Assembly (NCBI GenBank): GCA_965197425.1
Contig: CBDANC010000014.1
Location: 317,662 to 381,661, forward strand
Direction: 5' to 3'
DNA length: 64,000 nt
Source of the DNA: Bdellovibrionales bacterium
GTDB taxonomy: Bacteria > Bdellovibrionota > Bdellovibrionia > Bdellovibrionales > JAUICD01
The notes below the pieces were generated by a model that saw nothing but the letters and a program-made list of their open reading frames with translations, had not been told where the DNA came from and searched no databases. The translations under genes and the position numbers were made by a program. Below are positions 17,568-28,060 of the stretch, one piece after another (positions within the stretch are counted from its first letter, which is position 1; the number at the start of each line of letters is the position of its first letter).

Positions 17568-18506
17568 TTAAACAAATTGTTTTTCTTTCATCCATTCATT
17601 ATCTAAAAATTTGGTTAGATAATTTCGTACACCATCTGGCAATATAACCACACAGTTAGAACCTTCATCTAAATTTTTAGCTACCTGAAGCGCCCCATAC
17701 ATTGCAGAGCCTGATGAACCACCACAAAGTAATCCTTCTTGTCTTATAATTTTTCTGGCCATGTTAAAAGATTCTTTGTCATTTGTTTTGATCCAAATAT
17801 CTATTATATCTCTGTCTAAAACTTTTGGGATAAAGTCATACCCAATGCCTTCTACATTGTATGTTGCCACATGTGATCCTCCTGCCAGGATAGAGCCTTC
17901 TGGATCAACTCCTACTATTATACATTTTGGATTTTTACTTTTAAATTTACGAGCCATTCCTGTTATGGTTCCACCCGTTCCTGTGCCTGCTACAAGCATA
18001 TCTACTTTTATTTGATCTAGAATTTCTTGTGCTGTGTTTTCAAAATGTGCGTCTGGATTATTTGAGTTGGAATATTGATCTAGAATATATGAATCTGAAA
18101 TTTGTTGATTTAACTTTTTGGCAACATTGAGATGGCTTTTTTCATCATCATATGAAACTTCTGTTGGAGTTCTTACAATTGAAGCCCCAAGGGCTTTTAG
18201 CACAACTTCTTTTTCTTTACTCATTTTTTCTGGCATAACAATTACTATTTTATAACCTAATGCAGCCCCTGCCATTGCAATTCCAATTCCAGTATTTCCA
18301 CTGGTGGGTTCTATAAGAGTATCACCTGGTTTTATTTTCCCCTCGTACTCTGCTTGTCTTATCATGCTGTAAGCTATTCTATCTTTCACAGAACCACCTG
18401 GATTTAAAAACTCACATTTAGCATAAAGATTGCATTTTAGATTTTTGGAAAGCTTATTGATCTTTACAAGAGCTGTATTTCCTATTGCCTCTAATATATT
18501 TTCCAT
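17568..18506 (-). CDS. cystathionine beta-synthase-type PLP enzyme (catalytic core only; CysK/CBS family)
   Basis: [70 protein letters not shown] and [16 protein letters not shown] are collinear with the human CBS core as I recall it. No heme or Bateman (CBS-pair) domains. Confidence 0.85.
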   Translation of the reverse strand: MENILEAIGNTALVKINKLSKNLKCNLYAKCEFLNPGGSVKDRIAYSMIRQAEYEGKIKPGDTLIEPTSGNTGIGIAMAGAALGYKIVIVMPEKMSKEKEVVLKALGASIVRTPTEVSYDDEKSHLNVAKKLNQQISDSYILDQYSNSNNPDAHFENTAQEILDQIKVDMLVAGTGTGGTITGMARKFKSKNPKCIIVGVDPEGSILAGGSHVATYNVEGIGYDFIPKVLDRDIIDIWIKTNDKESFNMARKIIRQEGLLCGGSSGSAMYGALQVAKNLDEGSNCVVILPDGVRNYLTKFLDNEWMKEKQFV

Positions 18507-18610
18507 AAGGTTTTCCTAACCCAACACTGATTGAGCATGACAAACAATCTGGCTTTGCTAGATTTTTGTCATGCAAATTACGCTACTCCACAGTCACTTT
18601 GAAACCAAAA

Positions 18611-18960
18611 CTTTGGTTCAATTGGCTTACGGGATAAATCTTTATACTTTCCAATTGAAATAACCTCCCTGCGGTCGGTTTTTCAGCTGAATGGTTGCCC
18701 AGTTCAAAGATAAGCCTAACGAGGCCAAATAAATGGACTGGTGCAACGAGTGTACAAAGTACAAGTGAAACCAGAACATTTGTTGGCCAAGTGGCTCCTT
18801 CCCGGTGGACCTCACAGCCAATACCCTACCACTACACATGTCATCAAATTCATTTCCATCAAGATGCTAATCCTGTTCCACAAGGTCTTCCTAATCAAGC
18901 TAAAAGATGGATTGGTGCAACGTGAAAATTGCCCAGCTTTAGTTAGACCGAGGAGGATGA
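18611..18960. repeat. composite intergenic repeat (inverted C-module core + two diverged A-type modules)
   Basis: 18611-18679 is the reverse complement, with a few mismatches, of 29511-29580. caaggtcttcctaatcaagctaaaagatggattggtg at about 18881 is an A-module 5' end. Confidence 0.75.
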
Positions 18961-19004
18961 GTCTAACCAAAGTTATTAAATCTGACAGTATTGGTTTTAA
19001 AGTT

Positions 19005-20123
19005 TTATCTAGTTAGATAAGTTATATCTACTCTTGCACCTTGAGGGATAGATTGTTCAAAAGTTATATTTCGTCCAATAACTTTGTATCTTGAGCTAGG
19101 TACCACAGTCACTTGACTACCTGATCCGTCTGTAACTGTCACTGTCATTTGAGGTGGCTTTACAGGAGATCTAGAAAGCTTAAAGCTACTAGGAGATATT
19201 GAAGCTCCCATATTTGATAAAATATCTGAATAGTCTATTTCGCATATACTGCCTATTACACCTCCAGTATATTTGACAGCTCTTGTAACACCTCTAGCAT
19301 ATCCTGCCCAACCTCTATTTTCCATCTGTGCTAGTTGCTGGTTGTAGCAATCAGTATCTCCCGGCTCTATGATAATTCCGTGAACTGTAACTTTCTTATT
19401 ATATCCCCAAGTTCTTTGAAAGATATTTACAAGATCTTCTGGAACTACAGTATCGCTTGTGTCTTCGTCAGAGAGTATTACAAATGCTAAATCAGAGTTT
19501 TGTCTAAAAAATCCCTGGTTTTTTGTGTTTCTTAATCTGATTGCTTCTATAATAGCACCAAATGGTTTTTCATCTGCAGAGGGTTGTTCTACACACTTGC
19601 TTCTATCATCTAGCCTTCCGCAGTACAAAGTTTCATCTCTTTGCATGGTATATCTGAAAAGTAAATCTGCATTTTGAACGCCAGAGGTTAATGTTCTATA
19701 TGTTCTACCTCCAGATACAAAGTGTAAAAGCTCACCATTTGTACTATAATATCCACCATCAATGTCAGTAGTGGTAATCCCTATCTGCCAATTTGCTCCC
19801 CCCAAACCATCTAAAAAACTACTTAACTCCTCAGCCACCTTGGTTTGTTCTTCATACATAGAAAGTGAGTTATCAACCACAAATAAAATGTCTATTGCAC
19901 TGTTATTGTTATTTACAAAACTCTCGGTCTTAGTAAATGGGTTAGAGTTGGATGCCCCTTCTGATAAATCGCCTGTCATGGCAGAATCTACACCGACAGA
20001 AGACAAATCACCTGTCATATCTTCAGACGAAAACTCAACCTTACTGCAATTCTGATAACCACCCACAACAATAACAAGTAGGCAAATATAAATTACCGTA
20101 TTTCTTGATCTAGCAGTTTTCAT
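19005..20123 (-). CDS. von Willebrand factor A (vWA) domain secreted/lipoprotein
   Basis: MIDAS motif ILFVVDNSLSMYEEQ. The internal ATG at 20123 gives MKTARSRNTVIYICLLVIVVGGYQNC (signal plus possible lipobox). The ORF track extends to 20177. Confidence 0.65.
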   Translation of the reverse strand: MKTARSRNTVIYICLLVIVVGGYQNCSKVEFSSEDMTGDLSSVGVDSAMTGDLSEGASNSNPFTKTESFVNNNNSAIDILFVVDNSLSMYEEQTKVAEELSSFLDGLGGANWQIGITTTDIDGGYYSTNGELLHFVSGGRTYRTLTSGVQNADLLFRYTMQRDETLYCGRLDDRSKCVEQPSADEKPFGAIIEAIRLRNTKNQGFFRQNSDLAFVILSDEDTSDTVVPEDLVNIFQRTWGYNKKVTVHGIIIEPGDTDCYNQQLAQMENRGWAGYARGVTRAVKYTGGVIGSICEIDYSDILSNMGASISPSSFKLSRSPVKPPQMTVTVTDGSGSQVTVVPSSRYKVIGRNITFEQSIPQGARVDITYLTR

Positions 20124-20254
20124 GTGAACCCAAGCTCCGAAACAAAGTATATCATAAACACAATGCTTTGTGGGCAATATATGGAAAAATTTTAGGTCTA
20201 GTTTTTAGACTTAATTGATTGAAATACTACAAATAGATAAGGTAGCATTTACAC

Positions 20255-20605
20255 GTGCAAACGACAGTACCAAAGGATTGGATATGCCTTACCGGCTATT
20301 CCAACAAATATGATGTCAGTGTCTCAACCTTAAGAAGACGAATTAAGAGACAACACATTGAATACAAACTTCAACAGGGAAAATATTTCATAATTGATCA
20401 AGAGCCAGGTTCCCTGTCACAAACGCTGAAAACAACCACAAGCTTTGATCCGGACTTAGTCTTAAATTCTCTAGAATCTTTGGTAAACGAAATAAAATCA
20501 ACCTATGTAAATACCCTAGAAGAAAAAGACAAGGTGATCTTTGAACTTCAAAAGGAAAATTCAGACCTCAAATCTTTAGTTAATGTCATGGAAAATGATC
20601 TGTAA
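20255..20605 (+). CDS. small hypothetical protein with MerR/excisionase-like HTH and coiled-coil tail
   Basis: GTG start. LTGYSNKYDVSVSTLRRRIKRQHIEYK resembles a short HTH. Ends 1 nt before the convergent nuoN stop. Confidence 0.4.
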   Translation: MQTTVPKDWICLTGYSNKYDVSVSTLRRRIKRQHIEYKLQQGKYFIIDQEPGSLSQTLKTTTSFDPDLVLNSLESLVNEIKSTYVNTLEEKDKVIFELQKENSDLKSLVNVMENDL

Positions 20606-20606
20606 A

Positions 20607-22061
20607 TTACATTCCTTCCATATAAGATAAAAAGATGGAGATTAATTTTTCTGAAAACACTCCGCCTAACAAAATAATCACAGCAGATGTTGTTAGCACA
20701 AATGAAGAAAAGAAATCCTTTTTTATATTAATATTAGCATCACTTTCGATTTTAGATGTGTACATAATTAAAATAGGTCTTATGTAATAGTACATACTGA
20801 TTACAGTACTAACAACAGCCCATAGTACTAACCAAAAAAGTCCTTTGTTGATTGCAGCTCCAAATAAATAAAATTTTCCAAAAAATCCCATGGTGGGAGG
20901 AAGTCCTGCCAAACTTAAAAGGCATATGGAAAAAAAGGCAGCATGCATTGGTTTTGATCTTAAATTTTTAAGATCAGAAATTAAAATAACTTCAGATGTC
21001 TTAGTCTCTAAAAGACTAACTATAGCAAATGCACCAAAATTCATTGCTACATATGCAACAAGATAAAACATAATAATAGCTGCATCACCTGAAGCTCCAA
21101 ACCCTAAACAAACAATTCCAATAAGAACATAGCCCGAATGAGCAATGCTAGAATATGCCAACATTCGCTTTAAAGACTCTTGCTTTAAGGCACATAAACC
21201 TCCAACAAGCATTGTTAAAACACTTAACCATTGAAGTATATCAATCAACAGAGGGGACTCACTTAAAAATCCAAATAAAAATATCTTTAGCAAGAATACA
21301 AAACCAACAACTTTTCCTGCGGTGGACATATAAACAGTAGCTGGAGTAGGTGCTCCTTGGTACACATCTGGTACCCATGCATGAAATGGAAACACTGATG
21401 CCTTAAACAAAAATCCACCTGTTAAAAGGATAAATCCTGTCAAAAACAAAGGGTCTTCGTTTATTAAAGGCACACTCTGTTTAAACTCAGAAATAGAAAG
21501 ACTGCCTAAAGATCCATATATTAATGCAATTCCATAAAGTAGTATGGCCGAGGCAACGCTTCCTATAACAAAATACTTAAGCGAAGCTTCTTTAGAAAAT
21601 TTCTCTTCCAAACTAAGCCCTGTTAGTACATAAAAAGCAAGTGACATTAACTCAATACCTATAAAAGAGAGCATCAGATTGTTTGATACAAAAACAACTA
21701 CAATTCCTATAGCTGCATTTATAATTAAAAAAACATGTTCTGAAAATTTATCGCTTCTTACATCTAAAGATTGATAAGAGATTAAGAGAGTAAAAATAGT
21801 AATTATAATAACCAAAATAGACGAAATATAAGCCAGGTTATCTATAATAATTGTATTAGAAAATCCACTTAACCCAGGGCCGGAGTAAAACAAAGCCCCA
21901 ACTGCAAGTATCAACCCAACACACACCTGTGTAATTGTACTAATATAGGAACTTTCCTTATTGCCGGTCATGATTTTGATACTAATAGGTAACAGACTGG
22001 TCAAAAACATTATGATAAGAGGCAATACAATCAATACATCTGAAAAACTAGCTGTATTCAT
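20607..22061 (-). CDS. nuoN: NADH-quinone oxidoreductase subunit N
   Basis: 484-aa polytopic antiporter-like protein. Last gene after nuoM, with a 4-nt overlap. Confidence 0.85.
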   Translation of the reverse strand: MNTASFSDVLIVLPLIIMFLTSLLPISIKIMTGNKESSYISTITQVCVGLILAVGALFYSGPGLSGFSNTIIIDNLAYISSILVIIITIFTLLISYQSLDVRSDKFSEHVFLIINAAIGIVVVFVSNNLMLSFIGIELMSLAFYVLTGLSLEEKFSKEASLKYFVIGSVASAILLYGIALIYGSLGSLSISEFKQSVPLINEDPLFLTGFILLTGGFLFKASVFPFHAWVPDVYQGAPTPATVYMSTAGKVVGFVFLLKIFLFGFLSESPLLIDILQWLSVLTMLVGGLCALKQESLKRMLAYSSIAHSGYVLIGIVCLGFGASGDAAIIMFYLVAYVAMNFGAFAIVSLLETKTSEVILISDLKNLRSKPMHAAFFSICLLSLAGLPPTMGFFGKFYLFGAAINKGLFWLVLWAVVSTVISMYYYIRPILIMYTSKIESDANINIKKDFFSSFVLTTSAVIILLGGVFSEKLISIFLSYMEGM

Positions 22062-23623
22062 TCATCCTCCTTTTCAGATATATTTGAGTTGTCAACTTCT
22101 AGATCGTAAGTTTCTAGATAATCCTGAGGTTCAGATTCATAGACTTTCAGGCTATAAGTTTGTTTATTTTCTACCAAATGCTCTATGCTTGCTTTGGAAA
22201 AATCCAAAAATTTATTGGGCATTATTCCCATAACAAATATCAATAAGACAAATGGAATCAGCACGAGTACCTCCATAAGATTTAGATCGTGAGATACCGA
22301 ATTAACAACCTTACTTTCTTTTCCATAAAAAACTTTTTTATACATATAGAGCATGTAGACCGCACCTAGTATAACTCCTAATACCGCAATGGAAGCCAAA
22401 GTTTTGCTGACCTGAAAACCTCCTAGTAAAATCAAAAGTTCTCCAACAAAACCATTGGTTCCTGGAACAGCTATAGAAGCCATGGTAACTATAAAAAACA
22501 AAATAGCATAAAGAGGCATTTTTTTAGCCAAACCACCATACTCATCCATGTCTCTTGTTTTTGTTCTTTTATAAATCATACCAACAAGTAAAAATAAAGC
22601 ACTTGTACTAACCCCATGATTTAACATCTGGTATAGCCCACCAGTAATACCATAAACATTTAATGAAAAAAGACCCAAGATAACATATCCCATATGTGAA
22701 ACAGATGAGTATGCAACCAATTTTTTAACATCAGTTTGAACAAAGGCCATCATCGCACCGTACACAATGCCAATTACTGCTAAGATCAAAAATATCAGAG
22801 CAAAACTTTCAAGAGAATCTGGGAACAAAGGTATAGCCCATCTGATAAATCCATATGCCCCTAGCTTTAGCGTAACCCCTGCCAATATTACAGAGCCTGC
22901 AGTTGGAGCCTCCACATGTGCATCAGGAAGCCATGTGTGAAATGGTATTATAGGCACCTTGATTGCGAAAGCTAAAGAAAAGGCAATAAACATTAGATTT
23001 TGTGGGTTAAGCCACATACCTGTAACAAATGGTATATCTAACTTGTAAAAATCTATAATACTAGCACTAAAAAATCCAAGCTGGTCTCTGGTCAAAAACA
23101 TCAACGAAATAATTGCAACCAACATAAGTAATGAGCCAACCATAGTGAAAATAAAAAACTTTACAGCAGCATAAACTTTTCTAGGGCCACCCCAAATTCC
23201 TATTAAAAAATACATTGGTATCAAGGATGCCTCGAAGAAAATATAAAAGAGAAAAGCATCCAAAGATAAAAAAGTTCCTAAAACAAAAGTTTCCAGAACT
23301 AAAATATGAAAGTAAAAAGACTTCTTATTGGAATCAGAAGACAAAACAACTAAAGGTATCAACAAAGTTGTAAGTAACAAAAGCCAAATGGAAATTCCAT
23401 CCACACCTATAAAATAAGAGATTCCCAAAGACTCAATCCAAGGAATATTTGCTGTAAATTGCAGATCATGAGTGGATTTATCAAAAACAAATAACAGGTA
23501 TAAACTTAGCACAAAAACTAAAGAAGAAGATATGCTAGCAAAAAGCTTTGTAAAGTTACCAGGAACTTTTAATAAAATAATTGCAAAAATAAGAGGTGAG
23601 AAAATTAAAAGACTTAACATCAT
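22058..23623 (-). CDS. nuoM: NADH-quinone oxidoreductase subunit M
   Basis: HTWLPDAHVEAPTAGSVILAGVTLKLG is the NuoM/ND4 signature. Overlaps nuoL and nuoN. Confidence 0.9.
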   Translation of the reverse strand: MMLSLLIFSPLIFAIILLKVPGNFTKLFASISSSLVFVLSLYLLFVFDKSTHDLQFTANIPWIESLGISYFIGVDGISIWLLLLTTLLIPLVVLSSDSNKKSFYFHILVLETFVLGTFLSLDAFLFYIFFEASLIPMYFLIGIWGGPRKVYAAVKFFIFTMVGSLLMLVAIISLMFLTRDQLGFFSASIIDFYKLDIPFVTGMWLNPQNLMFIAFSLAFAIKVPIIPFHTWLPDAHVEAPTAGSVILAGVTLKLGAYGFIRWAIPLFPDSLESFALIFLILAVIGIVYGAMMAFVQTDVKKLVAYSSVSHMGYVILGLFSLNVYGITGGLYQMLNHGVSTSALFLLVGMIYKRTKTRDMDEYGGLAKKMPLYAILFFIVTMASIAVPGTNGFVGELLILLGGFQVSKTLASIAVLGVILGAVYMLYMYKKVFYGKESKVVNSVSHDLNLMEVLVLIPFVLLIFVMGIMPNKFLDFSKASIEHLVENKQTYSLKVYESEPQDYLETYDLEVDNSNISEKEDE

Positions 23624-25524
23624 GCACCTTTAAAATTGCTAATCAAAATAAAACTAATAAAACACATTCCTAACACCACATATAGCACATACCACTGCAA
23701 GTTTCCGTTTTGCACATTTCTAACAGTAGATGATATGTGCATAACAAAATCCGATAGTTTGTAAGTTATTTTATCTATAATACCCACATCAACTTTTCTA
23801 AATAAATTTTGACTAAATTGAATTACTTGTCCTGAAACAGTTTTGTCATAAAAATCATCCAAAAAGTATTTGCGAGACAAAACATTTTTTACTCTAGGAA
23901 GTTTCTGCTTGAGACTTTCCAAAATATTTGGCCTAGCCATATAGGCTACACAGGTTGCAAGTGCTACCAAAAGCACAATACTGCTTGAAGCTATCATCAA
24001 AGATATCTCCACCGTAGCGCTGGGTGGAGTGCTCTGTGGGACAGCTACAATACTATCTGATAACCAATTAGCTAAAAAGTTAGGAACAGCAGAATGTCCT
24101 ATTACATGAGGAATTCCAATCAGGCCGCCTAGCACTGATAACACTGCTAAAACTATCAATGGAATTTTTATTAAAAGACCTGATTCATGTGGTTTTTTGA
24201 CCGAAGAAAATCTGGGCTTACCCCAAAATGTAAGACACATTGTTTTGGTCATATAAAAAGAGGTAAACGCAGCTCCTATCACGCCCAATACCCAAAACCC
24301 AACATTCCCTCTGGTTGAGTGAAAACTCATCCAAAGTATTTCATCCTTACTAAAAAATCCAGATAAAAAAGGAAATCCTATTATGGCTAAAAACCCTAAC
24401 AGAAAAGTGATATGTGTGGTGGGCATATATTTTCTAAGACCACCCATTTTTGTAATGTCTTGTTCATTGTGCATTCCATGAATTACACTTCCTGCGCCTA
24501 GAAACAAAAGTGCTTTAAAAAATGCATGTGTTATTAAATGAAAAAGCCCAGCACCAAATGCTCCCACACCCACGGCTAAAAACATATAACCTAGTTGTGA
24601 TATTGTAGAGTAAGCCAATATTTTCTTAATGTCAGTCTGTAAAAATGCAATGGAGGCAGCTATTATTAAAGTCAACACTCCTACAATGCTTATAACCAAC
24701 ATGGAAGCAGGAGATGTCATATAAAAAACATTAAGCCTTATTATCATATAAACACCAGCTGTTACCATTGTGGCTGCGTGTATAAGTGCAGACACGGGAG
24801 TAGGGCCTGCCATAGCATCAGGAAGCCATGTGTACAGTGGGAGTTGTGCAGATTTTCCTGTGGCTCCTAAAAACAATAAAATTGCAGCCGCGGTTACCCA
24901 GCTTGTGTTTTCACTAACTTGGTTTATCAAATCAAACTCTAAGGTTTTTAGGTTTATAAAAATCAAGAACATGCCAAGTAAGAAAAAAGCATCCCCAATT
25001 CTGTTCATTACAAAAGCCTTCATCCCAGCCTTAGCTTTTGCTTCATCATCAAACCAAAAGCCTATCAACAGATACGATGCAAGTCCCACACCTTCCCATC
25101 CAACAAACATAACAAGTAGGTTTGATCCCAAAACCAAAATCAACATGTTGAATACAAAAAAGTTTAGATAGGCAAAGTATTTATTAGGTTTTTTGTCATG
25201 ACTCATATATTCAATACTAAATAGATGAATTAAAAAACCTACTCCTGTGACAACTAAAATCATCAAAGAACTTATTTGATCTACTACAAATGAAGCTTTG
25301 ATATTAAATTCATCAACAAATACCCAGTCAAACAAATGAAGCTTTATAGGCGTTCCATCTGAGAGCAAAGTATGAAACAATTTATAGGACAGACAAAACG
25401 ACAAGAAGACCATCGCAGTTGCCACTATTCCAGAGAACTTGTAGTTTTGTGTTTTTAAATTAAGGCCATTTATTACAAAACCTAAAAGTGGGAAAAGTAA
25501 AATTAAACCTATTAATATTTCCAT
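23620..25524 (-). CDS. nuoL: NADH-quinone oxidoreductase subunit L
   Basis: 634 aa. WLPDAMAGPTPVSALIHAATMVTAGVY is the NuoL/ND5 signature. Long C-terminal extension with terminal TM. Confidence 0.9.
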   Translation of the reverse strand: MEILIGLILLFPLLGFVINGLNLKTQNYKFSGIVATAMVFLSFCLSYKLFHTLLSDGTPIKLHLFDWVFVDEFNIKASFVVDQISSLMILVVTGVGFLIHLFSIEYMSHDKKPNKYFAYLNFFVFNMLILVLGSNLLVMFVGWEGVGLASYLLIGFWFDDEAKAKAGMKAFVMNRIGDAFFLLGMFLIFINLKTLEFDLINQVSENTSWVTAAAILLFLGATGKSAQLPLYTWLPDAMAGPTPVSALIHAATMVTAGVYMIIRLNVFYMTSPASMLVISIVGVLTLIIAASIAFLQTDIKKILAYSTISQLGYMFLAVGVGAFGAGLFHLITHAFFKALLFLGAGSVIHGMHNEQDITKMGGLRKYMPTTHITFLLGFLAIIGFPFLSGFFSKDEILWMSFHSTRGNVGFWVLGVIGAAFTSFYMTKTMCLTFWGKPRFSSVKKPHESGLLIKIPLIVLAVLSVLGGLIGIPHVIGHSAVPNFLANWLSDSIVAVPQSTPPSATVEISLMIASSSIVLLVALATCVAYMARPNILESLKQKLPRVKNVLSRKYFLDDFYDKTVSGQVIQFSQNLFRKVDVGIIDKITYKLSDFVMHISSTVRNVQNGNLQWYVLYVVLGMCFISFILISNFKGA

Positions 25525-25541
25525 TACCTAACCTTTAACCA

Positions 25542-25859
25542 TTAGCCTTTAAGATTCTCAAACAATTTAATATGTGCACCCTTAAACTTTTTAAGTACAC
25601 ACACCGCTATTGTTAAACCAATAGCTGCCTCACTAGCTGCTATAGCTAAAACAAAAAACACCACAATCTGACCATCTAGATCATTCATAAATCTAGAAAA
25701 TGTCACAAAAGTTATATTGACTGCGTTTAGCATTAATTCAATAGACATCAACATAATTAATATGTTTTTTCTTACCAATACTCCAATTATACCTATGGAA
25801 AACAGGAGGGCAGATAGTACAAGATAGTGCTGTATTCCTACATCAAACATTGGTACCAC
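25542..25859 (-). CDS. nuoK: NADH-quinone oxidoreductase subunit K
   Basis: About 100 aa with three TM segments. LMSIELMLNAVNITFV is the NuoK/ND4L motif. The start may be Met4 (25850). Confidence 0.85.
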   Translation of the reverse strand: MVPMFDVGIQHYLVLSALLFSIGIIGVLVRKNILIMLMSIELMLNAVNITFVTFSRFMNDLDGQIVVFFVLAIAASEAAIGLTIAVCVLKKFKGAHIKLFENLKG

Positions 25860-26352
25860 CTTTGCTTTTAGCTATAGACAAAGCCCCTACCAAAACCACA
25901 AGCAACAAAACACCTATAAGCTCAAAGCTAACTAAATGATCAGTAAACAATTTTAGGGCAAGACCCTTGGTAGCTACTATTGCATCTGTGCCAGCTTCTG
26001 ATAATTTTATATCTTTTATAGAAAAGTAAATTCCGGAAGTAATACATCCGAAGACAATACTAGCGCTTGCTATTTTAAGAGCTAGAACAAAGTTTCCTCT
26101 AGAAAACGGGTATTTCTCGCTCTTAACATCCAGGATCATAAGCACCATAACAAACAAAACAACAACTGCACCTGCGTATATGATGAGCTGAACTCCTGCA
26201 AGAAAATATGCTTCTAAGCTAAAAAACAATCCTGCAACAATGACCATGCTGACACCCAGGCTTAGGGCACTGTATATTGGACTGGGCAAAACTATAACCG
26301 CTACAGAAGATGTCAGTAGTAAAATAGCAAAGATAAAAAATATGATATCCAT
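25843..26352 (-). CDS. nuoJ: NADH-quinone oxidoreductase subunit J
   Basis: 169 aa. The N-terminal pattern IFAILLLTSSVAVIVLPSPIYSALSL...AGVQLIIYAGAVVVLFVMVLM is typical of NuoJ/ND6. Lies between nuoH and nuoK. Confidence 0.85.
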   Translation of the reverse strand: MDIIFFIFAILLLTSSVAVIVLPSPIYSALSLGVSMVIVAGLFFSLEAYFLAGVQLIIYAGAVVVLFVMVLMILDVKSEKYPFSRGNFVLALKIASASIVFGCITSGIYFSIKDIKLSEAGTDAIVATKGLALKLFTDHLVSFELIGVLLLVVLVGALSIAKSKGGTNV

Positions 26353-26354
26353 TA

Positions 26355-27515
26355 TTATCCCAAGCCTTTGGTTTTAATTAAAAACACTATTACAGCTGTT
26401 ATAGCTACATTTGCTAGAGCTAATGGCAACAAGGTTTTCCAGCCAAATTGCATTAACTTATCATATCTAAATCTAGGCAGTGTCCATCTGACCCAAACAA
26501 AAAGCCACATTAAACAAGCTACCTTAGATATCAACACTATGTGAAAAAACAAAGCTTTTAGAATGTTAATAGAAGTTGTGCCATCAACATATGTTGCAAT
26601 AAAATCATGAACTGAGTTTTCTGTTACCATAGGTAAGCCCCATCCCCCTAAAAACATCAACACGAAGAGAACACTGGCTACCATCATATGTCCATACTCA
26701 CCCATAAAGAAGATAAGCATCTTAAACCCACCGTATTCTGTATGAAAACCAGCTACTAATTCTGACTCTGTTTCTGGCAAATCAAATGGAAGGCGGTTTG
26801 TTTCAGCAAAAATAGCAACTAGAAATAACAGAGCTCCTAGTGGTTGAAAAAATATTCCCCATCTAGGTAAAAACCAAAATGAATATTCTAATGTAGTATT
26901 TGCAAATAGAGGAACTTGCTGAAAGCTTACCATATCATAAAAATTAAATGTGGCATAAATCATCAACATACCGACCAAAGAAAGACTCAAGGAGAGTTCA
27001 TAGCTAATCATCTGAGCACTAGCCCTAAGTGATCCTAAAAGAGAATATTTATTTCCAGAGGCAAAGCCTGCTATTAATATTCCGTATGCTCCTAAAGATA
27101 AAATTGCCAGTATATATATAATCCCAATATCTATATCAAATCCACTAAAGCTAAAGGTGTACCCACCCCAAGTTTTTCCAAAGAGCTCAAATGATTCTGT
27201 GGTTATAGGGATGGATAGGGGTAGTGCAGTAAAAGTAAGTGCTGCAGGTAAAAGGGCTAAGACAGGAGCTAGTAGGAATAAAAATTTTATTCCTTTTTTG
27301 GGAACAAAGGATTCTTTAAATATAAACTTCACTGCATCTGCCAAAAGCTGCATCAATCCTAAAGGACCTACTCTATTAGGGCCAAATCTCATTTGAATAA
27401 ATGCCGATCCTCTCCTTTCTATCCAAACCAAAAGGGGGACTGCTTGTACCATCATTAAAAAAATTGCAATAAGCTTTATTGTGTTTATGCTAATTTCTAA
27501 AATGTCACTTCCCAT
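26355..27515 (-). CDS. nuoH: NADH-quinone oxidoreductase subunit H
   Basis: ERRGSAFIQMRFGPNRVGPLGLMQLLADAVKFIFKE is the NuoH/ND1 signature. Confidence 0.9.
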   Translation of the reverse strand: MGSDILEISINTIKLIAIFLMMVQAVPLLVWIERRGSAFIQMRFGPNRVGPLGLMQLLADAVKFIFKESFVPKKGIKFLFLLAPVLALLPAALTFTALPLSIPITTESFELFGKTWGGYTFSFSGFDIDIGIIYILAILSLGAYGILIAGFASGNKYSLLGSLRASAQMISYELSLSLSLVGMLMIYATFNFYDMVSFQQVPLFANTTLEYSFWFLPRWGIFFQPLGALLFLVAIFAETNRLPFDLPETESELVAGFHTEYGGFKMLIFFMGEYGHMMVASVLFVLMFLGGWGLPMVTENSVHDFIATYVDGTTSINILKALFFHIVLISKVACLMWLFVWVRWTLPRFRYDKLMQFGWKTLLPLALANVAITAVIVFLIKTKGLG

Positions 27516-27571
27516 AAATCTATCTCTTACAAGAACAAATAATTATAACTTTTAATTAATGCTTAAGGTGA

Positions 27572-27943
27572 TTAGTCCCACTTAAGCCCGCCAACTTTAA
27601 ACTCATAAATTAATCCATAGACCAAAATTGCAAAAAAGATACCCATGGATGTGAGTAAAAACAATCCCATTTCTGTTATGTTTTCTATAAAAACCAGAAC
27701 CCAAGGAAAAAGGAAAATAATCTCTATATCAAATAAAATAAATGAAATGGCGGTTAGGTAAAATTTTATAGAGATCCTGCTACTTTTAGGGGGAACCCCT
27801 TCCACTCCACACTCGTAGGGTGATTCTTTTAGTTCATTTGTGGGATTTTTACCTGCGGCCACTGCATTTAAATAAATAAGCCCAAATGCAAACACCAGCA
27901 CAAACAAAAATATAATAATGATAGGTAAAATCTGTGCTATCAC
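27572..27943 (-). CDS. nuoA: NADH-quinone oxidoreductase subunit A
   Basis: GTG start. SPYECG ... FILFDIEIIFLFPW is the NuoA/ND3 signature. Confidence 0.85.
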   Translation of the reverse strand: MIAQILPIIIIFLFVLVFAFGLIYLNAVAAGKNPTNELKESPYECGVEGVPPKSSRISIKFYLTAISFILFDIEIIFLFPWVLVFIENITEMGLFLLTSMGIFFAILVYGLIYEFKVGGLKWD

Positions 27944-28060
27944 CTAAAAGGCACCTGTAGGTTAGGGTATAATTTACTTAAACTTATCTTTCATACACCA
28001 TATAACACCAAAACAAGGGTTTTTAACAATGTTGTTTCTCAACCCTCTAACGCAAGGTCC

